From: Steroidobacteraceae bacterium
GTDB lineage: Bacteria > Pseudomonadota > Gammaproteobacteria > Steroidobacterales > Steroidobacteraceae
NCBI GenBank assembly: GCA_035278165.1
Contig: DATEJG010000126.1
Location: 518-64,517, forward strand
Reading direction: 5' to 3'
DNA length: 64,000 nucleotides
Every line of letters begins with the position of its first letter. The stretch's first letter is position 1. The notes beneath the pieces were generated by a model, which was not told where the DNA came from, made no database searches, and worked only from the letters and a program-made list of their open reading frames with translations. The position numbers were made by a program, and so were the translations under genes. Below, one piece after another: positions 32,352-41,492 of the stretch.

Positions 32352-33800
32352 TCAACCCGCCGCGCTGCTCAGCCGGCGGCGCCGGCGGGCGCGCGGCGCG
32401 CGCGCTGGTTGTGCCAGGGGTTCCAGCGGACATTCACACACGATGCGGGTGCCACGCGGCTCGGCTCGCTCGAAGCGGACTTCGCCGCCGAGTATGCGCG
32501 CTCGATATTGCATTATCTTCAGGCCCATTCCCGCTGCATCGACCGCTCCCGCCGGCATGCCAGCGCCGTCGTCGGTCACGGTGAGCCGCACCTTAGCGCG
32601 GGCGCCATGCAAGTGCAGCCGTATAGTCCGCGCGTGGCCGTGGCGGACCGCATTGCGCACTGCTTCCTGCGCAATGCGATAGAGATGGTTGGCCAGCTCG
32701 GCGCCGAGCGGGCGGATGGTCTTGACCCGATGCGTGCAGACGATCTGCACGCCGTAGAGATCCGCGGCATGCATCGCGAGGCCTTCCAGAGCGTCCTGCA
32801 GACCGCCGCGCTCGAGGTTCACGGGCGACAGGCCGCGAGCCAGCGCCCGCGTGCTCTCGATAGCGTTGTTGACCAGTCGCGTGATGCTCTCGATCTCCGG
32901 CAGGATCGGCGCGTACTCGCTGGCAAGCCGGCCGGCGACGCCGCGCAGCATCAGCGCGATGCCGGTGAGCTCCTGGCCGAGGCCGTCGTGCAGGTCGTTG
33001 CCGATCCGATACTGCTCGCGGTTCACAGCTTGCAGGATCGCGCGCTCCAGTTGTTTGCGCTCGCTCACATCCTGCAACACGACCAGGCAGTGATTGCGGC
33101 CGGCGACGTCGAACCGGGACAGCAGGCCGGCCGCCGCGAAGTGCGTGCCGTCGCTGCGCAAGCCGTCGAACTCGACGCGCATCGAGCCCTGCCCGGCCGG
33201 GTCCGACGCCAGCTGCTGCCAGCGCTCAGGTTGCTCGAACGGCCAGCCTGCGAGCGTCGTCATCGCGCGGCCGATCAGGTCGCCGCGGCGGTAGCCGAAC
33301 ATGGTGTCGAACGCCGGGTTGGTGATCTCGATCACCGCCTGCTCGCTGACGACCGCGACGCCTTCGAGCATCGACTCGATCATGCGGGCCTGCGTGGCGA
33401 TGGCGCGCTCGGCGCGCACCTGCTCCGTAGTCTCGGACGCAATCAGCGTGATCGCGACGATCTCCTGCTGCGAGCGGATCGGGCTGATGCGGATGTCGAA
33501 GTGGCGTGCCTCGCCGTCGTCGAGCATCGCCGAGTAGCCGTCGATCTGGCCGGTCGCAAGCACGCGGTGCATCGCCGCCAGCGCCTGGGGGTGCATCTGC
33601 GGCGGGAAGAACTCCGTGACCGCCATGCCTTCCAGCTGCTGCGCGCTACGGTGGCCGACGCCGCGGTTCGCCAGCAGCACGCGCAGGCGCCGGTCGAGGA
33701 CCAGCACGTAGTCGGGAACGGAAGCGATCAGCTCGCGCACCGGCTCGCTGGCCCAGGCAGCGGGGGACGACAGGTCGGTCGTCGCGACAGCGGAGCTCAC
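32352..33800 (-). CDS. PAS-PAS HisKA_3 sensor histidine kinase
   Basis: DLHDGLGQELT, YRIAQEAVRNA, DDGAG, GMGLKIM; GTG start at 33800 is my estimate. Confidence 0.85.
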   Translation of the reverse strand: MSSAVATTDLSSPAAWASEPVRELIASVPDYVLVLDRRLRVLLANRGVGHRSAQQLEGMAVTEFFPPQMHPQALAAMHRVLATGQIDGYSAMLDDGEARHFDIRISPIRSQQEIVAITLIASETTEQVRAERAIATQARMIESMLEGVAVVSEQAVIEITNPAFDTMFGYRRGDLIGRAMTTLAGWPFEQPERWQQLASDPAGQGSMRVEFDGLRSDGTHFAAAGLLSRFDVAGRNHCLVVLQDVSERKQLERAILQAVNREQYRIGNDLHDGLGQELTGIALMLRGVAGRLASEYAPILPEIESITRLVNNAIESTRALARGLSPVNLERGGLQDALEGLAMHAADLYGVQIVCTHRVKTIRPLGAELANHLYRIAQEAVRNAVRHGHARTIRLHLHGARAKVRLTVTDDGAGMPAGAVDAAGMGLKIMQYRARILGGEVRFERAEPRGTRIVCECPLEPLAQPARAPRARRRRRLSSAAG

Positions 33801-34014
33801 CGCGTGTTTTTTGGAAGCAATGCTCAAGGGCCCGATCCCGGCACGAGGGAAGGAAAACAGGCGGCATGGTGTTGGAGGGCTCGTGTAGGGGATATCAGCT
33901 GTTCCCTTAATGTCGCAGGCGACGCGTGCGCGTTTGGGCAAACTGCGCAGCCGGTCGCGCCGGCCGCCAGCAGCCGCGCGAACTCTCAAGGGAAACAGGG
34001 AATTAAGTCAGCGC

Positions 34015-34701
34015 TCAGGCCGAGCCGTGGCTCACGCTGGGCGCCCCGCCGCGGTCGGCGACCCACTGGGTGGCGTAGCGGATCAGCTCGCTGGTCGAGC
34101 GCAGGTTGAGCTTCTCGCGCATGTGGCGCCGGTGCGCATCCACGGTCTTCATCGACAGGTCCAGCCGCTGCGAGATCTCGCGGGTGCTGATGCCTTCGCC
34201 GATGAGGCGGAAAACTTCCAGCTCCCGCTCGGTGAGCGCCGAGACCGGGTCTTCGTCCACTCCGGGCGCGCGGCCGCGGGCGACTTGCGTCAGCAGACGC
34301 TCGCCCATTGCGGCGCTGACGTGCTTCTGTCCCCGGGCGACTTTGCGCAGTGCACCAAGGAAATCAGTCCCGGCCACATTCTTCATTACATAACCACTGA
34401 CGCCCAGCCGGAGCAGCCGCTCGGCGTAGAGGGCTTCGTCCTGCATGGACAGCACCAGGACGCGGACGGTGGGGTGCGCGCCGCGGATCCAGCGCACCAG
34501 GTCGATGCCGTCGTCCGCCCCGAGCGCGAGGTCTACGACGGCGACATCCGGCTTGTGTGTATCGATTGCGGTCCGCGCGTCCGGGATCGATGACGCCTCC
34601 GCCGCCAGCAGGAATTCGCTCTGACCCGCGAGCAATTGCTTCAAGCCCTCGCGGACGAACGGGTGGTCGTCGACGATCACGATCCGGGTCTGCTCCGCCA
34701 T
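34015..34701 (-). CDS. NarL/LuxR family response regulator
   Basis: VIVDDHPFVREG, VLSMQDE, LTERELEVFRLIGEG, LSMKTVDAHR. Confidence 0.92.
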   Translation of the reverse strand: MAEQTRIVIVDDHPFVREGLKQLLAGQSEFLLAAEASSIPDARTAIDTHKPDVAVVDLALGADDGIDLVRWIRGAHPTVRVLVLSMQDEALYAERLLRLGVSGYVMKNVAGTDFLGALRKVARGQKHVSAAMGERLLTQVARGRAPGVDEDPVSALTERELEVFRLIGEGISTREISQRLDLSMKTVDAHRRHMREKLNLRSTSELIRYATQWVADRGGAPSVSHGSA

Positions 34702-34832
34702 GCTGGTTCCTCTGGATTCCTTTGCGAACGAGTCTTGCGGTGCGATCTACCGGGGGCAATCCTCATTTTCCACAAGCGCCGCAGAGTGATAGCGTTGCCG
34801 CCGGACACGGAAGGAAGGGCTGCGACGGCATT

Positions 34833-36290
34833 ATGAAGAAAGGTACGACCGCACCGCTGCGTTTCGTGCTGCTGGAAGACGATCCCAACGACGCCGAGCT
34901 GATCCAGTTGCAACTGGCGAAAGACGGCATCGAGGTGGAATGGCGACACGTCGTCACCGAGCGCGACTTCCGTGAGGCATTGGCCGGCGCACCGCCGGAC
35001 CTGGTGCTCGCCGACTACACCTTGCCCGGCTTCGACGGCCTGGCGGCGCTGAAGATCCTGCTGCAGCACTCGCCGGACATCCCCTTCATCTTCGTTTCCG
35101 GCTCGCTTGGCGAGGAACGCGCCATCGAGGCGCTGAAGAGCGGCGCGACCGACTACGTGCTCAAGGACCGGCTGCAACGGCTGCCCGCCGTCGTCACGCG
35201 CGCGCTGATGGAAGCTCGCGAGCGCCGCGAGCGGCGCCTGGCCGAGGCAGCTCTCGAAGAGCAGCGTGTGCTGCTTGGCACGCTGATCGACAGCCTCCCG
35301 GAGATCATCTACGCGGTCGACCCGAGCAATCGCGTGACCGTCGTCAACAAGGCGCTGCTGGACACGCTGAAGCGCAGGCGCGACCAGGTGCTGGGCAAGA
35401 CGCTGTCGGAGATCACGAGCGACGAGAACGTCGCCGACATCGAGGCGCAGGCCGCCACGACGATGCGGACCGGGCGCGCGCTCACCGATCAGGAGCGTGC
35501 CTGGATCTCGCCGGACGGCTCGGTGCGCTGGTTCAACTTCACGCACGTGCCGCTGCGCGACCACGGCGGCGTGTCCGGCCTGGTCTGCACGGTGCAGGAA
35601 GTCACGACGCGGCGCGAGCTCGAGCAGGAAATCCTCGAGATCTCCAATCGCGAGCAGCGCCGGCTCGGCAGCGACCTGCACGACGGCCTCGGCCAGGAGC
35701 TGACCGGGCTGTCGTTGCTGCTGAAAGGCCTGGAATTGCAGCTGTCGCGCGAAGCCCCGCAATACACGGCGCACACGACCAAGATCGCCGACCTGCTGGC
35801 GCACGCGATCCAGAGCACGCGCTCGCTGGCACGCGGCCTCGCTCCGGTGAACCTGGAGCGCGGCGGCCTGCCGGAGGCGCTCAAGCATCTGGCCGCACGC
35901 TGCACCGATATTTACAGCCTGGAATGCACGTTCGGCAACGAGAGCCCGAAGCTGCCCGACCTGGAAGAAGGCGCAGCGACGCACCTGTATCGCATCGCGC
36001 AGGAAGCGACGACGAATGCAGCTCGTTACGCACGGGCGAAGACGATCGCGATCGACCTGCGCTCCACCGGCCGCAAGCTCCAGCTCTCCATCGCCGACGA
36101 TGGCATCGGGCTCTCGGCCGGACTCGCGCAGCGCAGTCCGGGAATGGGGCTGAAGATCATGGAATACCGTGCGCGCATGCTCGGCGGCACGATCAACTTC
36201 GAGGAGCCCGGCCCGGGAACGCGCATCGTGCTGTCGGCGCCGCTGCACCTGCTGCGGCAATCGAAGGACAAGCTGCGCCGGGCGGTGTAG
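34833..36290 (+). CDS. REC-PAS-HisKA_3 histidine kinase
   Basis: VLLEDDPND, LADYTLPGFDG, ATDYVLKDRL; DLHDGLGQELT, YRIAQEATTNA, GMGLKIM. Confidence 0.9.
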   Translation: MKKGTTAPLRFVLLEDDPNDAELIQLQLAKDGIEVEWRHVVTERDFREALAGAPPDLVLADYTLPGFDGLAALKILLQHSPDIPFIFVSGSLGEERAIEALKSGATDYVLKDRLQRLPAVVTRALMEARERRERRLAEAALEEQRVLLGTLIDSLPEIIYAVDPSNRVTVVNKALLDTLKRRRDQVLGKTLSEITSDENVADIEAQAATTMRTGRALTDQERAWISPDGSVRWFNFTHVPLRDHGGVSGLVCTVQEVTTRRELEQEILEISNREQRRLGSDLHDGLGQELTGLSLLLKGLELQLSREAPQYTAHTTKIADLLAHAIQSTRSLARGLAPVNLERGGLPEALKHLAARCTDIYSLECTFGNESPKLPDLEEGAATHLYRIAQEATTNAARYARAKTIAIDLRSTGRKLQLSIADDGIGLSAGLAQRSPGMGLKIMEYRARMLGGTINFEEPGPGTRIVLSAPLHLLRQSKDKLRRAV

Positions 36291-36298
36291 GTCGGGCT
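36287..36298 (+). repeat. Truncated REP-like remnant GTAG-GTCGGGCT
   Basis: Identical to the first 12 nt of the 2169 copy; GTAG contains the kinase TAG stop; lies between convergent stops. Confidence 0.4.
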
Positions 36299-37499
36299 AC
36301 TTTCGCACCACCGGGACGAGCGTGTGGTCCGCGCCGTTCCACACCTGGATGAAGTTCTCGATCTCCGCGGCCGGCATCGCCGATGCGATGAAGTCGCCCT
36401 GCATGGCGTCGCACGCGCTCTGGTCGAGGAACTCGAACACTCCGGGCGTCTCGATTCCTTCCGCGCAGACGGTCAGCGACAGGTTGTGCGCGAGGTCGAT
36501 GATCGCGCGCACGATCGTCCCCGCCGGCTTGGCAGTCGCGATCTCCGCGATCACCAGGCGGTCGATCTTCACTTCGCTGAACGGCATCTTGTAGAGCTGC
36601 GTCAGCGACGACGTGCCGACGCCGAAGTCGTCGAGCGAAAGGCCGACGCCCTTGACGCGCAGCCGAGTGAAGATGTCCATCACCAGCTCGGGATCGTCGA
36701 GCGAAGCCGCTTCGGTGACCTCGAGCGTGAGCTGCTCGGGCGCGACCTCGAACTCGCGCAGCGTGCGCGTCAGGCGATCCGGAAACTCCAGGTCCTGCAC
36801 CAGCCGCGGCGACAGGTTGACCGCGGCGGCGAGGTCGAGCCCGCGATGCCGCCAGTGGCCGATCTGCCGGATGGCGTCGGTGAGCACGAAATCGGTGACG
36901 TTGACGATCAGGCCGGACTGCTCCGCCAGCGGCAGGAACTCGCCGGGATAGAGCAGGCCGAGCCGCGGATGGCGCCAGCGCACCAGCGCCTCGGCGCTGC
37001 GCACCTGCCAGTCGCCGCCGGCGCGCAGCACCTTCGGCTGGTAGTGGACGACGAGCTCGTGCTCTTCGATGCCGCGACGCAGCTCATCCACGGAAATCCG
37101 AGCGCCCGGCTCGAGGTGCTTTGCAAGCATGCTTTCGATCTCCTCGAGCATCGCCGGCTTCTGCAGCGTGCCGAGCATTTTCAGGCCAAGTGAATCGCCG
37201 AGCTGACGGGCGCTGGCGAGGACGCGCTGGTCCATGCCGCTCGCGAGCAGGATGCCGGACGTGACGCCCTGCCGCGCCAGGTAGCGCAGCGCCTCGATGC
37301 CGTCCATGCCGGGCATCTGCAGGTCGAGCAGGATGAGCGAAGGCTGGCGGCGCCCCACCTGGTCGCGAAAGCTCGCGGCGGTATCGGCAGTGATGACGTC
37401 GCAGCCGATTCCCTGACCGATCTGCTCGATCAGCTCCAGGAAATCGGTCTCATCATCCACCGCCAGTAACAGGTTCCTCTCGCGCCGGGACACGCTCAT
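36297..37499 (-). CDS. REC-EAL c-di-GMP phosphodiesterase (second paralog)
   Basis: LLDLQMPGMDG; AEALVRW, AVNLSP, LEVTE, LDDFGVGTSS, EVKID, AEGIE, QGD. Confidence 0.9.
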   Translation of the reverse strand: MSVSRRERNLLLAVDDETDFLELIEQIGQGIGCDVITADTAASFRDQVGRRQPSLILLDLQMPGMDGIEALRYLARQGVTSGILLASGMDQRVLASARQLGDSLGLKMLGTLQKPAMLEEIESMLAKHLEPGARISVDELRRGIEEHELVVHYQPKVLRAGGDWQVRSAEALVRWRHPRLGLLYPGEFLPLAEQSGLIVNVTDFVLTDAIRQIGHWRHRGLDLAAAVNLSPRLVQDLEFPDRLTRTLREFEVAPEQLTLEVTEAASLDDPELVMDIFTRLRVKGVGLSLDDFGVGTSSLTQLYKMPFSEVKIDRLVIAEIATAKPAGTIVRAIIDLAHNLSLTVCAEGIETPGVFEFLDQSACDAMQGDFIASAMPAAEIENFIQVWNGADHTLVPVVRK

Positions 37500-37652
37500 C
37501 CTCCTGATTGCGATCGACAGCCTACTCGCCCGGCAGCATTACGTCTGCATTCGAGGCTGCAGCAAGTGACGGAAATCACATAGGGAAAGTTACGGACGGC
37601 GGTCCCGGCGCGCGGGCCAGCCGCCATCGACCCGGATCACGCTGCTCTGACC

Positions 37653-39065
37653 CTAGAGCTTGTAGGCCTGCTTCGGCAGGCGATAGGCAAGGTCGGCGGC
37701 GACCTCGGCAGCTTCGTCTTCTTCGAGCCGGTGCTCGACGACCAGCCGCGCGAGGAAGCTGCAATCGACGCGGCGCGCCAGATCGTGCCGCGCCGGAATC
37801 GACAGGAACGCACGCGTGTCGTCGTTGAAGCCGACGGTGTTGTAGAAGCCGGCGCTCTCGGTGGTCTGCTCGCGGAAGCGGCGCATGCCTTCGGGGCTGT
37901 CGTGAAACCACCAGGCGGGGCCGAGCTTGAGCATCGGATAGTGCCCGGCGAGCGGCGCGAGCTCGCGGCTGTACGAGGTCTCGTCGAGCGTGAACAGGAT
38001 CAACGTGAGCGCGCGCTCGTTGCCGAAACGCTCGAGCAACGGACGCAGCGCGTGCACGTATTCGGTGGCTCGCGGAATGTCGGCGCCCTTGTCGCGGCCG
38101 TAGTGCGTGAACAGCCAGCTGTTGTGGTTGCGAAACGAGCCCGGGTGCAGCTGCATGACCAGGCCGTCGTCGAGACTCATGCGCGCCATCTCGACGAGCA
38201 TGGCCGCGCGGAACAGCTCCGCATCGGTCGCCGAGAAGCTTCCCGATGTGACGCGCGCAAACAGGCGCTCGGCCTCGCGGCCCGACAGATCGGCGGTCGC
38301 CGCAGTGGGGTGCCCATGATCGGTCGAGGTCGCGCCGGCCGCCGCAAAAACCGCGCGGCGCTTGCGATGCGCATCCAGGTAGCCGCGCCAGGAAAGCACG
38401 TCCTCGCCCGTGAGCTCGCCGAAGCGCTCGAGCGCGGCGCCGAATGCCTCGTGCTCGGGATCGATGACCGGATCGGGACGATAGGCGGTGACGACGCGGC
38501 CGCGCCAGCCGCTCGCCGCGATCGCCCGATGCTCATCGAGCGTGTCGACCGGCGACTCGGTAGTCGCCAGCACTTCGATGTTGAACCGTTCGAACAGCCG
38601 GCGCGGCCGGAACTCGTCCTGGGCGAGCTTCGCAGCAATGACGTCGAAGTAGTGGTCGGCTGTCTGCGCTTCGAGCCGTAGTTCGAGTTCGAACACCTTC
38701 GTAAACACGTAGTTCAGCCACAGCGCCGACGGCGTGCCGCGAAACAAGTGAAAGCGCTCCGCGAAGAGCCGCCATGCAGCGCGCGGGTCGGCGGGCGAAG
38801 GCCCGCGACGCGAGCCGACGCCGAGCGCGTCGAGCTCGACGCCCTGGCTGTAGAGCATCCGGTAGAGGTAGTGATCCGGCGCGAGCAGCAGCTCGGTCGC
38901 GTTCGTGAACGGCTCGTTGCGCGCAAACCATTGCGGATCGGTATGGCCGTGCGGGCTGATGATCGGCAGCTCCGCCACCTTGCGATACAGGCGCTGCGCG
39001 ACCCCGCGCGCGGCCGGCTCTGCAGGAAACAGCCTGTCTTCGTGAAGCTGAAGTGGCGTGGGCAT
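37653..39065 (-). CDS. uxaC: Glucuronate (uronate) isomerase
   Basis: LPIISPHGHTDP, PDHYLYRML, TSTDHGH, QLHPG, GPAWWFHDS, GFNDDTRAFLSIPARHD. Confidence 0.95.
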   Translation of the reverse strand: MPTPLQLHEDRLFPAEPAARGVAQRLYRKVAELPIISPHGHTDPQWFARNEPFTNATELLLAPDHYLYRMLYSQGVELDALGVGSRRGPSPADPRAAWRLFAERFHLFRGTPSALWLNYVFTKVFELELRLEAQTADHYFDVIAAKLAQDEFRPRRLFERFNIEVLATTESPVDTLDEHRAIAASGWRGRVVTAYRPDPVIDPEHEAFGAALERFGELTGEDVLSWRGYLDAHRKRRAVFAAAGATSTDHGHPTAATADLSGREAERLFARVTSGSFSATDAELFRAAMLVEMARMSLDDGLVMQLHPGSFRNHNSWLFTHYGRDKGADIPRATEYVHALRPLLERFGNERALTLILFTLDETSYSRELAPLAGHYPMLKLGPAWWFHDSPEGMRRFREQTTESAGFYNTVGFNDDTRAFLSIPARHDLARRVDCSFLARLVVEHRLEEDEAAEVAADLAYRLPKQAYKL

Positions 39066-39125
39066 GGTTTCGACATCGCGGTGGTGGTGCCGGCGCGCGC
39101 TGGCCGCAGCGCCATGTCCTGACGA

Positions 39126-39140
39126 TGGTAACCGGTGTCA
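39126..39140. promoter_or_regulatory. Candidate LacI-family operator upstream of uxaC (TGACACCGGTTACCA on minus strand)
   Basis: Quasi-palindrome with central ACCGGT; near-identical copy at 40330. Confidence 0.65.
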
Positions 39141-39193
39141 CGGCGGTGCGTCCATGGTGCTCCCGCGGCGGCGGCAATTCAGTCGACGTCACA

Positions 39194-40306
39194 TCATTGC
39201 CGCGGCGGTCCGGATGACTCGCGCACTATCAGGTGCGGCAGGACAGTCGTGGCGGCGATGGCGGCTCCGCTCTCGAGACCCGAGACCTTGGCCACGAGCT
39301 TCTCCGCGGCCATCCGCCCCATGTCGCGAATCGGCTGGCGCATCGTCGTCAGGGACGGGCACAGTCGCGAAGCCAGCGGACTGTCGTCGAAGCCGATCAC
39401 GGTCAGGTCGTCCGGAATTTTCAGGCCGCGCCCATAGGCGCTGCGGTACACGCCAGCTGCGGTCTCGTCGTTGGCGGCGAAGATCGCCGTCGGCCGTGGC
39501 GTTCGCGACAGCAACGCATCCGCGCAGGCCACGCTCGACTCGAACGTGTACGAGCCTTCGGCGACGAATTCCGGCGGCAGCGACCGGCCACGCGCCGCGA
39601 GCGCATCGGCAAAGCCCTCGAGGCGCTCGATCGCCGAACGGAAGCTGCGCGGGCCCATGATCATCGCGATGCGCTCGTGGCCGAGCTTCGCGAGATGCTC
39701 TGCTACTTCGGCCGCCGACTCGCGGTCCATCGACATGATCAGGTTCTTCGGGTCGTCGAGCGCCGCGGCGAGCACGCGGATATACGGGCATCCCAGCTGG
39801 CGCAGCATGTCGGCGAGCAGCGGGTTCTCCGACACCGGCGGCAGCAGCACGACGCCGTCGAGCTTCTGGCGCGCGACGAAGCGGCGGATGTCGGGGAGGA
39901 ATTCCTCGCTGTGGCGGTCGCACGGATGCACCACCAGCTCGTAGCCCACGCGGCGCAGCGCGCCGAGCATGCCTTCCTGGATGTTGATCACGTACGGCGC
40001 GTTCGGGTTGTCGTAGATCAGCCCGATGAGGAACGAGCGGCGGAACGCGAGCGCGCGCGCCTGCGGGTCCGGCGTGAAGCCCGTGCGCTCGATGATCTCG
40101 GTGATGCGCGCCCGCGTTTCCTCGCGCACGAACGGCGATTCGTTGATCACGCGCGAGACGGTCTTCTTGGACACGTTGGCGAGACGCGCGATGTCGTTGA
40201 TCGTGTGCTTGCGCTCTGAGTCGGCAACGTGCTCCGGCCGGCGCGCGCGCGGCTCCGGACGGGCTCTGGCCGGGACGCGGACGACTTTGCTGGACTTCTT
40301 GGGCAT
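39194..40306 (-). CDS. LacI family transcriptional regulator
   Basis: TINDIARLANVSKKTVSRVIN, PDPQARAL, PTAIFAANDETA, LTVIGFDD, LTTMRQP. Confidence 0.93.
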   Translation of the reverse strand: MPKKSSKVVRVPARARPEPRARRPEHVADSERKHTINDIARLANVSKKTVSRVINESPFVREETRARITEIIERTGFTPDPQARALAFRRSFLIGLIYDNPNAPYVINIQEGMLGALRRVGYELVVHPCDRHSEEFLPDIRRFVARQKLDGVVLLPPVSENPLLADMLRQLGCPYIRVLAAALDDPKNLIMSMDRESAAEVAEHLAKLGHERIAMIMGPRSFRSAIERLEGFADALAARGRSLPPEFVAEGSYTFESSVACADALLSRTPRPTAIFAANDETAAGVYRSAYGRGLKIPDDLTVIGFDDSPLASRLCPSLTTMRQPIRDMGRMAAEKLVAKVSGLESGAAIAATTVLPHLIVRESSGPPRQ

Positions 40307-40329
40307 GCGACGCGGCCAATTCGATCATC

Positions 40330-40344
40330 TGACACCGGTTTCCT
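40330..40344. promoter_or_regulatory. Candidate LacI-family operator between lacI-like gene and kdgK (TGACACCGGTTTCCT)
   Basis: 13 of 15 positions match the uxaC site; lies in the divergent intergenic region. Confidence 0.6.
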
Positions 40345-40387
40345 GCAAGGGTAAGATGTCGCGGGCCGGCTCGCGACGACACGAGGT

Positions 40388-41416
40388 ATGTTCGAGACCA
40401 TGAGTGCAACCGTCCTGTGCTTCGGGGAGATTCTGCTGCGGCTGTCCGCGCCGGATAAGGAGCTGCTGCTGCAATCCGCTCGTTTCGACGCGCACGTCGG
40501 TGGGGCCGAAGCGAATGTAGCGGTGTCGTTGAGCATGCTCGGTCATAGCGCACGGGTTGCGAGCACGCTGCCCGATTCCGCGCTCGGGCGTGCTTGCGCA
40601 GGTGAGTTGCGGCGTCACGGCGTGTACACGGAAGCGATTCAGTTCCGCACGGGCCGGATGGGTGTGTATTTCCTCACGCACGGCGCCGGCCATCGACCGG
40701 CCGAAGTGCTGTACGACCGTGCCGGATCAGCGTTCGCCGAAGCATCAGCAAGCGCCTACGACTGGAATGTGCTGCTGGATGGCTGCGATTGGCTGCACGT
40801 TTCGGGCATTACGCCCGCGGTAAGCGATGCGGCCGGCGAAGCTGCGCTGCGTGCGATGTCGGCCGCGCGCCAGCGCGGCACGAAGATCGCGTTCGATTGC
40901 AATTTTCGCTCGCGCGTCTGGGGTGAACGTGTGCAGAAGGCGCCAGCCGTGCTGCGCAAACTTTGCGAGCAGGTCGACCTCATCTTCGGCGACGAGCGCG
41001 ATGTCGCGTTCATGCTGGGCAGCGCTATCGACGGCGAAGCTGCATCCGACCGGCAGCGCCGCGCCGCCGATGCTGCGTTCGAGGCATTCACTCGTCTGCA
41101 GTTCATGGCGTGCACCAGCCGCACACGTCAAAGCGCCGACGTGCAACAGCTCGCGGGCTGCCTGCAGAGCCGGCGGGACACCTACACGAGCCGTCCCTAC
41201 CCGCTGTACGGCATCGTCGATCGCATCGGCGCCGGCGATGCATTTGCCGCGGGCGTTCTGCACGGCCTCATCAGCGGTTTCGATCCGCAGAAGACCATCG
41301 ACTTCGCCACCGCGGCGGGCTGTCTCAAGCACTCGATTCCCGGCGATTTCAACCTGGCCGGCGTTGCCGACATCGAGCTGGTGCTGGCCGAACAGGTCAC
41401 GGACGTGCGCCGCTGA
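40388..41416 (+). CDS. kdgK: PfkB sugar kinase, probable 2-keto-3-deoxygluconate kinase
   Basis: FGEILLRLS, GGAEANVAVSL, LHVSGITPA, DCNFRSRVW, VDRIGAGDAFAAG, LKHSIPGDFN; hexuronate context. Confidence 0.8.
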   Translation: MFETMSATVLCFGEILLRLSAPDKELLLQSARFDAHVGGAEANVAVSLSMLGHSARVASTLPDSALGRACAGELRRHGVYTEAIQFRTGRMGVYFLTHGAGHRPAEVLYDRAGSAFAEASASAYDWNVLLDGCDWLHVSGITPAVSDAAGEAALRAMSAARQRGTKIAFDCNFRSRVWGERVQKAPAVLRKLCEQVDLIFGDERDVAFMLGSAIDGEAASDRQRRAADAAFEAFTRLQFMACTSRTRQSADVQQLAGCLQSRRDTYTSRPYPLYGIVDRIGAGDAFAAGVLHGLISGFDPQKTIDFATAAGCLKHSIPGDFNLAGVADIELVLAEQVTDVRR

Positions 41417-41492
41417 GGACAGCCGCCGCAGGCCGCTTGCAGTATCATTTCGGCCCGGTTTCGTGCCGCGATCGACGCCCAGCGGAGGCCCC

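Noticed and set aside
33880-37600. Purine-rich AGGGA(A/T)-type motifs upstream of signalling genes (about 33887, 33988, 37581) as NarL-type sites
   Set aside because: They are too short and inconsistent in spacing to support by eye; motif discovery across orthologs would be needed.
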